Of a stretch of DNA of 64,000 bases, positions 1 to 11,249 are shown one piece after another. Within the stretch, counting starts at the first letter, position 1. Each line of letters starts with the position of its first letter. The notes below the pieces were generated by a model. It made no database searches. It was not told the origin of the DNA and worked only from the letters and a program-made list of their open reading frames with translations. The position numbers were made by a program, and so were the translations under genes. The stretch comes from Eledone cirrhosa (lineage: Eukaryota). The stretch spans positions 187,426,001-187,490,000 of the forward strand of contig OZ024743.1 of assembly GCA_964016885.1 (NCBI GenBank), read 5' to 3'.

Positions 1-136
1 TTCTAATGTAAATATTTTTATCCATTTTAAGAAATATACCCAAAAGCGGCTATGGTCTCAAATTAAAATGGTCTAAAAGGAAAAGAGGCAAAAATTTCCA
101 TAAATATTTGAATCTCATATAGATCTTTTTTTATTA

Positions 137-271
137 ACGTCCCCTTACGATCTGAGTTCAAATCCTGCCGAGGTTAACTTTGCCTTTCATCCTTACGGGG
201 TCGATAAAATAAAGTACCAGTAACGTACTGGGTAATTGCTGGCCTTGTACCAAATGTAGAAACAATTAATT
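137..271 (+). mobile_element. tRNA-derived SINE (family S1), 5'-truncated
   Basis: B-box GAGTTCAAATCC, central GCCGAGGTTAACTTTGCCTTTCATCCTTACGGGGTCGATAAAATAAAGTACCAG, and tail GTAGAAACAATTA; matches the other S1 copies in the window. Confidence 0.85.
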
Positions 272-1074
272 ATATTCATCATACCCATCACTGTTCAATG
301 CCAAGTTTCTATGTTTGAATAGGTTAGATAGGTTGTCACATTATGAGGCCAAACTAGCCAAGAGATCACCTCCTGCTCATAACCACCATTTTTTGAGCTG
401 GTTTTCTAAGGCTGGATCCCCTTCCTAATGCTAACCACTTACTGTGTGTACTGAGAGCTATTTTTCGTGGTGCCAACACAATCACTTTACAAGGTTGACA
501 GGTTGCCTTTTGTTGTGGCGCCAGTAGGACCACCATTACAAATGGAAAACAGAGCACACAAAGATTTGTTAACACAAGCCAGTTCAGATGTCATCAAATC
601 TATAATCAAAGATCCTGGTAATTGTCTTCTATTTTTAGTAGGTTGAGTAACTAATCAAGTAGATACTCCCTTACTGTCTCATAACACAAGGTTGAGGGTT
701 TTCACAGTACATATTTTTCACAAGTCATGATCCTTCTATCTTATTTCCGACAACCCAGGTTCTAAATTGCTGATCTGCAGATTGTAAGCATGGAAACATA
801 TTGTATTAAGTTTGACATGCCACAGTGTAGTTTTAACTAGCATGCCAATGCACTGATAATGCTCTTAATGCACAGATATGAGATATGGAAACAAGCAGGT
901 GTTGTAAAGTAATATTTATATTCATTGTTCTTTCATCTTTTCATCACACACATATTTGTATTTTTTATTATATTTTCATTTGTGTTACGCAGCCACCTAC
1001 TTGATAGCAACTTCATCATTTTTTGATTCACCAAAGATATCATTTGATGTATTTATACGTGAATATATATAACC

Positions 1075-2255
1075 TTTCTGTTGTTCTCCTGTCTCACTCG
1101 CTTTACGCGTTTTAATTGTCCTAATAACTTATTTTGGTTATTATTGCACCGAAGTGAGATATATGATTTTTAATGCAATGAAATATCTATGATCTTCGGC
1201 AAATCACTGATGAGGGACGTATTTTATTACATGTTACCATGTGCTACCTGCAGTATTTTTCTCTATATTTTAATACATATATTTACCACTGCGATTCTGT
1301 GTTTTTTTCTCTCTCTCTTACTGTTCCCCCATTCTCTCTGTTTCTCCCCCTCTGTCTTGTCCGTTAACTCTTCCTCACACTTTCACTCACTCACTGTTTT
1401 TCTCCCTCTTCTCTTCATTTCATCCTGCACTCACGGACGCTATTTTTTCTCTCTCTGCTCAATGGCCTTCGTTCGTGCTGGACTATTCTTTCCCTAGCGC
1501 TCATATATTCACCTAGCTTACGCTAACAGAATAATTTTTGAAGCTTGTTTCTCTCCCACGGTATGCTATCTTTTCTGTTGTTCTCCTGTCTCACTCGCTT
1601 TACGCGTTTTAATTGTCCCAATAACTTATTTTGGTTATTATTGCACCGAAGTGAGATATATGATTTTTAATGCAATGAAATATCTATGATCTTCGGCAAA
1701 TCACTGATGAGGGACGTATTTTATTACATGTTACCATGTGCTACCTGCAGTATTTTTCTCTATATTTTAATACATATATTTACCACTGCGATTCTGTGTT
1801 TTTTTCTCTCTCTCTTACTGTTCCCCCATTCTCTCTGTTTCTCCCCCTCTGTCTTGTCCGTTAACTCTTCCTCACACTTTCACTCACTCACTGTTTTTCT
1901 CCCTCTTCTCTTCATTTCATCCTGCACTCACGGACGCTATTTTTTCTCTCTCTGCTCAATGGCCTTCGTTCGTGCTGGACTATTCTTTCCCTAGCGCTCA
2001 TATATTCACCTAGCTTACGCTAACAGAATAATTTTTGAAGCTTATTTCTCTCCCAAGGTATGCTATCTTTTCTGTTGTTCTCCTGTCTCACTCGCTTTAC
2101 GCGTTTTAATTGTCCTAATAACTTATTTTGGTTATTATTGCACCGAAGTGAGATATATGATTTTTAATGCAATGAAATATCTATGATCTTCGGCAAATCA
2201 CTGATGAGGGACGTATTTTATTACATGTTACCATGTGCTACCTGCAGTATTTTTT

Positions 2256-2256
<1 letters not shown>
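1075..2256. repeat. 497-bp tandem repeat, about 2.4 near-identical copies
   Basis: Units start at ~1075, 1572 and 2069; identical ORFs at 1189 and 1686 are 497 bp apart; the third copy breaks into (CT)n(TA)n. Confidence 0.95.
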
Positions 2257-2319
<63 letters not shown>

Positions 2320-2365
2320 ATAAGAAACGGAGAATCAGTGGTGCGACGAATTAAAATTTATTAGA

Positions 2366-2456
2366 CGTATTACAATCGTTTCTCTGGTGACCAGCTCGAG
2401 GCACGATCAGTGTGATGATCGAACCTGCCTCTGAAATCGCAAGCTCCTCAGATACG
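2366..2456 (-). ncRNA. Minimal type I hammerhead ribozyme (putative)
   Basis: Minus strand: CGUAU-CUGAGGA-[long stem II]-GAAAC-GAUU-GUA-AUACG; stem I CGUAU/AUACG. Confidence 0.6.
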
Positions 2457-2484
2457 AAAGGTCGAGTTGTATTAGAAAGATCGA

Positions 2485-2565
2485 GACATATCTGAAGATC
2501 TTGCGATTTCAGAGTCAGGTTCGATCATGTATAGCTGATCGCCAGAGAAACGACTGTAATATGTC
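2485..2565 (+). ncRNA. Minimal type I hammerhead ribozyme (putative)
   Basis: GACAUAU-CUGAAGA-UCUUGCGAU...AUCGCCAGA-GAAAC-GACU-GUA^AUAUGUC; 7-bp stem I; AATAAA immediately downstream. Confidence 0.75.
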
Positions 2566-2665
2566 TAATAAATTTTAATTCTCCGATATTATACTCTGCT
2601 CTGTAATAGCATTGAGTGCTCAAACGGCCTACCACATACGGACGCTTTAAGCATCCCACACCAAT

Positions 2666-2782
<117 letters not shown>

Positions 2783-3149
2783 ATGTGTGTGTGTATTGTT
2801 ATATTTTCGGATGATCATGTTGCCAATATTGCCGAAACACATGCACCATATAATTTTCACTTTATCTATAACCTTATTGTTTGTTATTCATTTGTTTGTG
2901 AAAGTTCTTTCATCACAAATTGTCTGACCTCCACATTGGCTATCTGATTTGTGATTCCTCTTTTTTCTGGTCTTAAATTTCTACTCCATCTTTTTGTTTT
3001 GTGGTGCATTTTTCATGTTTCATTCTACACATGCGTTTGCACCCATACTTTCGTCTCTCTGTGTGTGTATGTGTTTTATGTTTGTCATGTCTATGTGTGT
3101 GTGTGCTGTTTTGCTTTTTGTGACATTTTATTTCTGATCTGTATTCAGT

Positions 3150-3665
3150 CGTCACTTTGCTGGCTGATACTATTCCACTCATTTTTTCTATTCAGCCTAG
3201 GTCTAACTTTTATTATGTGTATGGACTCCGTAAATTTGTCTGAGTGCTGCATCAGTTCTATATGTGGATAGGATCTTTATTTCTATGTTATCTATTAAGA
3301 GCCTATGTTTTAGTTTGGCATGCTGGTATAGCACTGTTGAGGTTTTATCCTCCTTAAGTTCTTGCCAGTGTTCCTTTAATCTCTCTCCTATACTATGGAC
3401 TGTCTCTCTTATGTATGTCATCTCATTTCTGCTTTGTCCATCATATCCTAAAAACCCTATTTCTAGTTTTGCAGTTCATCTGTGTGCTTATCTTACAGAC
3501 TATACAGTTTCTCTCAGTACAGCAGGGTTCCCTAAAGGAGTATATTTTACTGATCTTGGATTATATGGTAGCTGGTGGTTTTTCTGCTACTTTAATCCTA
3601 AGGTTCATTTTGACTAAACCTCTTCTAAAACAATACGGTAGTTTGCCTCATAGATTTTTAATTTG
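3150..3665 (-). pseudogene. Penelope-like retroelement fragment: Cys-rich linker + GIY-YIG endonuclease, with stops and frameshift
   Basis: Minus strand reads IKVAEKPP..PCCTERNCIVC..NCKTRNRVFRI*, then YIRETVHSIGERLKEHW...LYQHAKLKH (YIGET..ER.KEH pattern). Confidence 0.8.
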
Positions 3666-3699
3666 AATTATACACACACACACACATTTATATATATAT

Positions 3700-3800
3700 A
3701 ACGAAGGAAATGTGGTAAGGAACCAGGTGGACCATATTAGAGTCTAGAAGTAGCCGTCGAAATGGCTTGAGCTCAGCCGTAGGGGTCCTACTCGTTCCTA
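3700..3800 (+). repeat. Interspersed element E, homologous to 27210-27415
   Basis: Shares GGAAATGTGGTAAGGAACCAG.TGGACCATA and TAGCCGTCGAAA.GGCTTGAGCTC.GCCGT.GGGGTC. Confidence 0.75.
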
Positions 3801-3831
3801 TATATATATATATATATATATAGGAACGAGC

Positions 3832-4055
3832 AAACAGCACGGACACTCTATCTCAAAATTATTTTTGAAAAGCATTTAGGAATGCAAAACCGGTAAAAAC
3901 TTAAAAACTTAAAACCACAACTGAATACTAACCCATACAATCACTAATACTCTTTTATTCCTAATTAAACCATTTTTCAACTGTGAACAATTTGTCAGCA
4001 TTTTCTATTCCGTTTACCAATATATAATAACTTGTGTGTTACACCTCTATTCTTT

Positions 4056-4060
<5 letters not shown>
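3832..4060 (+). repeat. Interspersed element C; inverted copy at 5133-5360, another copy at 39380-39560
   Basis: Direct alignment of CTCTATCTCAAAATTATTTTTGAAAAGCATT...GTCAGCATTTTCTATTCCGTTTACCAATATA. Confidence 0.85.
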
Positions 4061-4148
<88 letters not shown>

Positions 4149-4209
4149 AGGTAATGGATTCTTTTACAATGGAATTAACTCGAAGGAGGAAAATACCCAC
4201 TGAGCCGTG

Positions 4210-4363
4210 TATAAACTAATATGTATGTGATGAAACACAGATACCAACACATCTGTATATATATTGCAAAAGAAAATTTAGCCAGATTGAAGTATACTAA
4301 TTTTCTTTTGCAATATATATACAGATGTGTTGGTATCTGTGTTTCATCACATACATATTAGTT

Positions 4364-4367
<4 letters not shown>
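4210..4367. repeat. Perfect ~69-bp-arm hairpin between (TA)n tracts
   Basis: 4210-4278 is the reverse complement of 4299-4367. Confidence 0.9.
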
Positions 4368-4400
<33 letters not shown>

Positions 4401-4407
4401 GTATATA

Positions 4408-4506
<99 letters not shown>

Positions 4507-4603
4507 TATCGTATATAATATAAATACATATAATATCGTATATAATATCGTATATATATATACGATATTAACAAATGGAAACTATATTTATAAAACCATA
4601 TTT

Positions 4604-4666
4604 ATTTCATTATACATATTTCAAGGACACCAAGTTAAATTATGGTGTGCTTTCATCAGATAAAAT
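4604..4666 (-). ncRNA. Minimal type I hammerhead ribozyme (putative)
   Basis: Near-exact reverse complement of the motif at 4840-4902 (1 nt differs in the stem II loop). Confidence 0.7.
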
Positions 4667-4839
4667 ATAATATAGAGCAGTTTTATAAATAAATATTGAC
4701 ATACCCTTAAAGAATGCAACCATTACTGTTGGAAGCTCCCGGATAGTGGAATTATATCTTTAATTACACTATTAGGTAAGTTAGTATTGGATATTTTTAA
4801 ATAAGCCGTTGGGTTACGGAGAAAACTGGTCTATATTAT

Positions 4840-4902
4840 ATTTTATCTGATGAAAGCACACCATAATATAACTTGGTGTCCTTGAAATATGTATAATGAA
4901 AT
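4840..4902 (+). ncRNA. Minimal type I hammerhead ribozyme (putative)
   Basis: AUUUUAU-CUGAUGA-AAGcACACCA..UGGUGUcCUU-GAAAU-AUGU-AUA^AUGAAAU; AATAAA overlaps the end of stem I. Confidence 0.75.
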
Positions 4903-5039
4903 AAATATGGTTTTATAAATATAGTTTCCATTTGTTAATATCGTATTTTTACTCCAATTATTTGTTGAGTGCATTATATCAGTTATAAAAATATTTGCAT
5001 GTTGTATCCCAACAATTTAAATAGAACTTTTACATATAT

Positions 5040-5076
<37 letters not shown>

Positions 5077-5101
5077 CATATATATATACATATATATATA
5101 C

Positions 5102-5132
<31 letters not shown>

Positions 5133-5138
<6 letters not shown>

Positions 5139-5400
5139 AAAGAATAAAGGTGTAACACACAAGTTATTATATATTGGTAAACGGAATAGAAAATGCTGAC
5201 AAATTGTTCACAGTGAAAAATAGTTTAATTAGGAATAAATGAGAATTAGTAATTGTATTGGTTAGTATTCAGTTTTGGTTTTAAGTTTTACCGGTTGCGC
5301 ATTTCTAAATGCTTTTCAAAAATAATTTTGAGATAGAGCGTCCGTGATGTTTGCTCAGATCAGAGCAAACATCACGGACGCTCTATTCCGTTTAACCAAT
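5133..5400 (-). repeat. Element C (inverted copy) ending in a terminal hairpin
   Basis: Reverse complement of 3832-4060; hairpin GAGCGTCCGTGATGTTTGCTC-agatca-GAGCAAACATCACGGACGCTC at ~5336-5383. Confidence 0.85.
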
Positions 5401-8400
5401 ATATATATATATATACAGCCCCCGCCCCCCACCGCAATCCAAAACTTTAGAGTTGGTACCATAAATGTAGGCACCCTAAAGGGTCGCGCTAACGAGGTTG
5501 TAGAAATGCTTGAACGTAAGGAGGTCGATGTTTGTTGTATTCAAGAGACCAGGTGGAGAGGTGGGTCTGCTAGATTCATTGAGGGTAAAAAACGATGTTA
5601 TAAGCTTTTCTGCGTGGGAAACGACGATGGGCTGGGTGGAGTAGGAATCATGGTAGCAGAAAAGTGGGCAGATAAGATAATAGACGTAAATAGAGTGAAC
5701 GACAGAATAATTAAAATACGACTTGTCCTCAATAGAACTACGGTGACAGTAATATCTGCATACGCACCCCAATCCGGACTGCCCGGCACTATAAAAGACA
5801 GATTCTATGAGACACTGGTGCTAACTACCTCCCAAATATCCGACAGTGAATATATAATTATTGCAGGCGACCTAAATGGTCACGTTGGACAACATTGTGA
5901 CGGCTACGACGAAATCCATGGAGGCTATGGGTTTGGTACTAGAAATGAGGAAGGCTCCAGAATCCTGGAATTCTGTGATGCAAATAACCTAACTATCTGT
6001 AACACTAACTTCAAAAAACGTGACAATCACCTGATCACCTATAGATCTGGGGAACACACAAGCCAGGTAGATTATATCCTTACCAGAAGACGTGACAGAG
6101 TGTCTGTTGTAAACACTAAATCCCTCCCCCATGAAGAATGCACCTCCCAACATAGACTGATAATTAGCGACCTCATAGTCAGGACGAGACGTACTCGACA
6201 GCAGAAGAGGACTATCCTCAGGAGAAAAATATGGAAGCTAAAGGACCCCACAGCCAGAAATAAATTTCAAAGCATATTACTTGATGCTTTCGACAGTAAG
6301 GAAGAACATTTAGAGTCGGACAATAGAGAGGGACAGTGGGAATTTCTGAAAGCAAACCTGCTGATGGCGACAGACGAAGTCTGTGGCTGGAGCAGGCCTG
6401 TAGGCAGGAGGAGAGTAACATGGTGGTGGAACAGTAAGGTGGAGGGGTCAATTAAGGCCAAAAAGCAGGCTTGGAAAGTATGGCGGGATGGGGGAAGTAG
6501 AGAAGACTATCAAGTGGCCAGGAGGGAAGCTAGGAGACAAGTGTACTTAGCAAGAAGGGAAGCTGAGGAAAGAAAGTTCAAGCATGTTCTACAACGCGAG
6601 GACCAAAAACGTGAGGTGTTCAGGATTGCTAGGCAATGTGTCAAGGAAAACCGTGATATTGTCGGGGAGAAGTGTGTACTTAACGATGATGGCATACTTG
6701 CCATCACCGACGCTGATAAGAAGGTAGCTTGGAAGTGTCACTATGAAAGGCTACTAAATGAGGAGAATAAATGGGAGAAAGACAGTCTCCCCCATATCGA
6801 CCCAATAGAGGGACCAGCAGTGTTAGTCGAGGGGAGTATAATAAGTAAGGCAATCAAGGATATGAAGACGGGTAAGGCGGCTGGGCCTTCGGAAATAGTT
6901 GCTGAGATGCTGAAGGCATCTAGCACGGTGGGACACACCATGGTCACCCACATAGTTAACCAAGTCGTACAGAATGGGGTTGTTCCGAAGGACTGGCATA
7001 GCAGCATCATCGTTAACTGTTATAAGGGTAAAGGAGACGCCCTAGATAGGAGTAACTATAGAGGCATTAAATTAATCGACCAGGTCATGAAGGTCACGGA
7101 AAAAGTAATAGCGCAACTAATCAGAGAGAGAATTGACCTAGATGAAATGCAGTTCGGGTTTGTGTCAGGCAAAAGTACCACAGACGCTCTTTTCATTGTA
7201 CGACAACTACAGGAGAAGTACCTAGCTAAAAGTAAACCCCTCTACTTAGGTTTTGTCGACTTGGAGAAAGCCTTCGACAGAGTCCCCCGCTCCATTATCT
7301 GGTGGGCTCTTAGAAAACTAGGCGTTGACGAATGGCTTGTGAGAGCTATACAAGCCATGTATAAAGAAACAGTCAGCAAGGTTAGAATTAACAACGAATA
7401 TAGTGAAGAGTTTAGCGTAAAAGTTGGCGTCCATCAGGGCTCTGTTCTCAGCCCCCTACTATTTATTATTGCCCTTCAGGCTATAACAGAGGAGTTCAAG
7501 ACCGGCTGCCCATGGGAACTCCTATACGCAGACGACCTGACACTCATAGCGGAATCAATGGCCGAGCTAGAGAAGAAATTCCAAACATGGAAGCACGGCC
7601 TAGAATCAAAAGGACTTAAAATTAACCTGGCTAAGACGAAAGTTCTAGTTTGTAGGAAAGAAAATAAGGCGGCGGTCCGTTCTGGGAAATGGTCGTGCTC
7701 GGTGTGGAGGAAACGCGTAGGTAGAAACTCCATTTTATGTCCTAAATGCAAAGTATGGGTGCATAAAAGATGTAGTGGGATCACAGGTAAGCTAACTAAG
7801 AACATAGATTTTACATGTAGCCGGTGCTCTGGTGCAATAAGTAGCAGCAAGTGCCCACAAAATACTATCTCTTTCAATTGCGCAGAGGGTTCTATAGAAA
7901 TAGTGGACAGCTTCCGTTACCTGGGCGATAAAATCATCAGTGGGGGAGGGTGCTCTGAAAGTACAGTAGCTAGAGTCAGAACTGGTTGGAAAAAGTTCAA
8001 AGAGCTTATACCACTATTAGCTGCTAAAGGGTTCTCCCTAAAAATGAAAGGCAGGTTGTACGATGCCTGCATACAAACAGCAATGTTGCATGGCAGTGAG
8101 ACCTGGGCATTGTGTGCAGAGGATATACGCAGACTAGAGAGGAACGAAGCTTGCATGCTCCGCTGGATGTGTAACAGTAATATACGTGAACGGCAAAGCA
8201 TAAACGAACTAAGGAAAAAATTAAAAATAAGAGGGATCAGATGTTGTTTACTCGAGAGAAGGCTACGTTGGTATGGACACGTGATGCGCATGAAAGTCGA
8301 TAGCTGTATAACAAAGTGCAGGGCAATAAAGATAGACGGTAGCCACGGAATAGGCAGACCTAGAAAAACCTGGGACGAGCTGATAAACTCCGACCTCACA

Positions 8401-8481
8401 CACTTACACCTCTCCAAGACAATGTCACTGGACCGAGACCTTTGGCGGTACTCAGTAATAGAGAAGACCCGCCTTACCTAA
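5344..8481 (+). CDS. RTE ORF: APE endonuclease + reverse transcriptase with internal PHD-type zinc finger (first ~25 aa come from flanking DNA)
   Basis: GTINV, IQET, SAYAPQ, GDLNGH and VDYIL (APE); YRGIKL, QFGF, FVDLEKAFD, GVHQGSVLSP, YADD and FRYLG (RT); LHGSETW and LRWYGHVMR (RTE C-terminus). Confidence 0.95.
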   Translation: MMFAQIRANITDALFRLTNIYIYIQPPPPTAIQNFRVGTINVGTLKGRANEVVEMLERKEVDVCCIQETRWRGGSARFIEGKKRCYKLFCVGNDDGLGGVGIMVAEKWADKIIDVNRVNDRIIKIRLVLNRTTVTVISAYAPQSGLPGTIKDRFYETLVLTTSQISDSEYIIIAGDLNGHVGQHCDGYDEIHGGYGFGTRNEEGSRILEFCDANNLTICNTNFKKRDNHLITYRSGEHTSQVDYILTRRRDRVSVVNTKSLPHEECTSQHRLIISDLIVRTRRTRQQKRTILRRKIWKLKDPTARNKFQSILLDAFDSKEEHLESDNREGQWEFLKANLLMATDEVCGWSRPVGRRRVTWWWNSKVEGSIKAKKQAWKVWRDGGSREDYQVARREARRQVYLARREAEERKFKHVLQREDQKREVFRIARQCVKENRDIVGEKCVLNDDGILAITDADKKVAWKCHYERLLNEENKWEKDSLPHIDPIEGPAVLVEGSIISKAIKDMKTGKAAGPSEIVAEMLKASSTVGHTMVTHIVNQVVQNGVVPKDWHSSIIVNCYKGKGDALDRSNYRGIKLIDQVMKVTEKVIAQLIRERIDLDEMQFGFVSGKSTTDALFIVRQLQEKYLAKSKPLYLGFVDLEKAFDRVPRSIIWWALRKLGVDEWLVRAIQAMYKETVSKVRINNEYSEEFSVKVGVHQGSVLSPLLFIIALQAITEEFKTGCPWELLYADDLTLIAESMAELEKKFQTWKHGLESKGLKINLAKTKVLVCRKENKAAVRSGKWSCSVWRKRVGRNSILCPKCKVWVHKRCSGITGKLTKNIDFTCSRCSGAISSSKCPQNTISFNCAEGSIEIVDSFRYLGDKIISGGGCSESTVARVRTGWKKFKELIPLLAAKGFSLKMKGRLYDACIQTAMLHGSETWALCAEDIRRLERNEACMLRWMCNSNIRERQSINELRKKLKIRGIRCCLLERRLRWYGHVMRMKVDSCITKCRAIKIDGSHGIGRPRKTWDELINSDLTHLHLSKTMSLDRDLWRYSVIEKTRLT

Positions 8482-8880
8482 ATACATAGTAAAACCTACT
8501 ACAGCCAGTAGGCATCTCTAACAAAATACACCCCGTCCCACCACCACCACCCCCACCCCATCCACACCACCCCGTTCTATGTAAAGTTATGTTGGTGCCG
8601 CGCCATCCAGGCCGAAACAAATAAGATCGTGCAGGTGTCACGACAAAAAAAAACACACAGTCCACGCTGTAATGTGGCCGTGTAGGCAACACGGTAAAAA
8701 CCTCCCAGACCCACACTGTAAATGTGGTTGGTGTTAGGAAGGGCATCCAACTGTAGAAAACCTGCCAGACAGTCCTATGCGAGCAAGACAATCACTCTTG
8801 CCTCAAGTGGGACTACCCCCGTTCAAACCCATGCAAGCGTGGAACACGGACGTTAAACGTTGATGATGATGATGATGATG
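5417..8880 (+). mobile_element. RTE-clade LINE, near full length, 5'-truncated just before the APE domain
   Basis: Single EN+RT ORF; 3' UTR containing GGTTGGTGTTAGGAAGGGCATCC; (GAT)n tail at ~8862-8880; inserted in (TA)n. Confidence 0.95.
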
Positions 8881-8966
<86 letters not shown>

Positions 8967-9040
8967 GTATATAAAGAATGAATAATAACAGGTAGACATC
9001 ATAAAAAGGTAATTTATTCCGTGTGCTTACAAATGTTTCC

Positions 9041-9850
<810 letters not shown>

Positions 9851-9862
9851 TATATATATATA

Positions 9863-10252
9863 AGGGGGTACATGGCTTAGTGGTTAGAGCATTCCTTGCA
9901 ATCGAAGGGTTGTGAGTTCAATTCTCGGACCGGGTGATGTGTTGTTTCCATGAGCAAGACACTTTATTTCACATTGCTCCAGGTTACTCAGCTGTAGAAA
10001 TGAGATGATAGGGACTGTGGTCCCTAGCATTCCACTGCAAAGTGGTAGTCGAGGTACCATGGCGAAAATAAAACACTCAGCCCTCACTGTAAATGGATGT
10101 GTAGGCGCCATGGAAAAAAAGCACCCAGCACTCACTGTAAATGAGGTTTGTGTTAGGAAGGGTATCCAGCTGTAGAAATCAAGCCAGAATCAGTTTCCGT
10201 CCCACCCTTGCAAGCAGGGAAAAGCGGACATAAAATAATGATAATGATGATA
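9863..10252 (+). mobile_element. tRNA-derived SINE with RTE-type 3' tail
   Basis: A-box TGGCTTAGTGG, B-box GAGTTCAATTC; central GAGCAAGACACTTTATTTCACATTGCTCCAG; tail GTTAGGAAGGGTATCCAGCTGTAGAAA...(GAT)n shared with the RTE 3' UTR. Confidence 0.8.
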
Positions 10253-10537
10253 TAATTTCCGGTTGGTTGGTTCGATAACCAACATGGTGTTCATCACACA
10301 ATGACTGATTTGACTTCTTCCAACAGAATCTTAGGCAATATATTTATTATATAATATATTTCTTATGAAACGCAGCCTATTGATATAGAGACGAATTCAT
10401 TTTCGATATGCTCTTTCAAAAGCCCATCACCATATCATAAATACACACATGCACACACACATGCACCCACATACACATACATACATACACACACATGTAT
10501 ATATGTATGTACGTAAGTATCTATGTATGTATGTATG

Positions 10538-10610
<73 letters not shown>

Positions 10611-11249
10611 ATACACATAGTGCTTCAGCATGGTCTTGGCCATGGTGCTTAAAATTAATAATGAACTTGGAAATCTTATGTTTGGAAGTTGATTAAATAC
10701 CGAAGTATAATACAGGATAGGGTAAGGTTAAGCAGAGACTAGCTTGAAACGAAAATATTTATTCACATCTAATTTTAATCATTATAAAAGATGTGCTGCA
10801 TCTTCAGAGTTAAAAAGGTTAGAAAGATAACCTCTGAAATTTCCATTCTGTAATGACAGTCAAATTTGTTAGGATGAAAATCATTATCACCACCATCACT
10901 TATCGTCCACTTTCCCATCATAAATTAAAACTTGCTGACTGCAAAATAATTGGAATGTCTTACAGTACTTCAGTTTTATCTACTTCTTGTGGTATTAGAT
11001 TTATGAATTCCTTTTCTGAAATTTTTAATTATTCCAGTTTAAATTAAATGGTTTGATTAAATTGAATTCATTAACTTTACTTCCTTCTATAATGATTATA
11101 TGGAGTGATGTATGTATTGGTGCTATGGCAAATTTTTATTTTGTAAACAGCATAATTTTAAAATTCAGTAACTTCAAATATAACTTCACAGAAAAATTTG
11201 GCAAATTGAGTTCTGATTGGAAATTCCTAGACTGCCAGGCAAGGCAATG

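Larger units (their letters stand above)
2318..2665. mobile_element. Fold-back element with two head-to-head hammerheads (family A; Penelope pLTR-like)
   Basis: Imperfect inverted arms ~2349-2454 and ~2489-2581; (TA)n on both sides. Confidence 0.7.
4560..5033 (+). mobile_element. Fold-back element with two head-to-head hammerheads (family B)
   Basis: Arms ~4560-4684 and ~4822-4946 are near-perfect inverted repeats; unique 3' tail runs to (TA)n. Confidence 0.8.

Noticed and set aside
1189-1994. Two identical 102-aa hydrophobic ORFs
   Set aside because: Arise from the pyrimidine-rich 497-bp tandem repeat; no recognisable domain
2799-2855. CGGATGA...GAAAC-ACAT-GCA hammerhead-like string
   Set aside because: Both the core and the cleavage triplet are mutated
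5476-8417. Minus-strand ORFs overlapping the RTE, and plus-strand ones at 54147-56124 and 62743
   Set aside because: Antisense shadows of the RTE coding frame
9863-9935. tRNA gene
   Set aside because: It is a SINE head; no complete cloverleaf, and it runs into the SINE body
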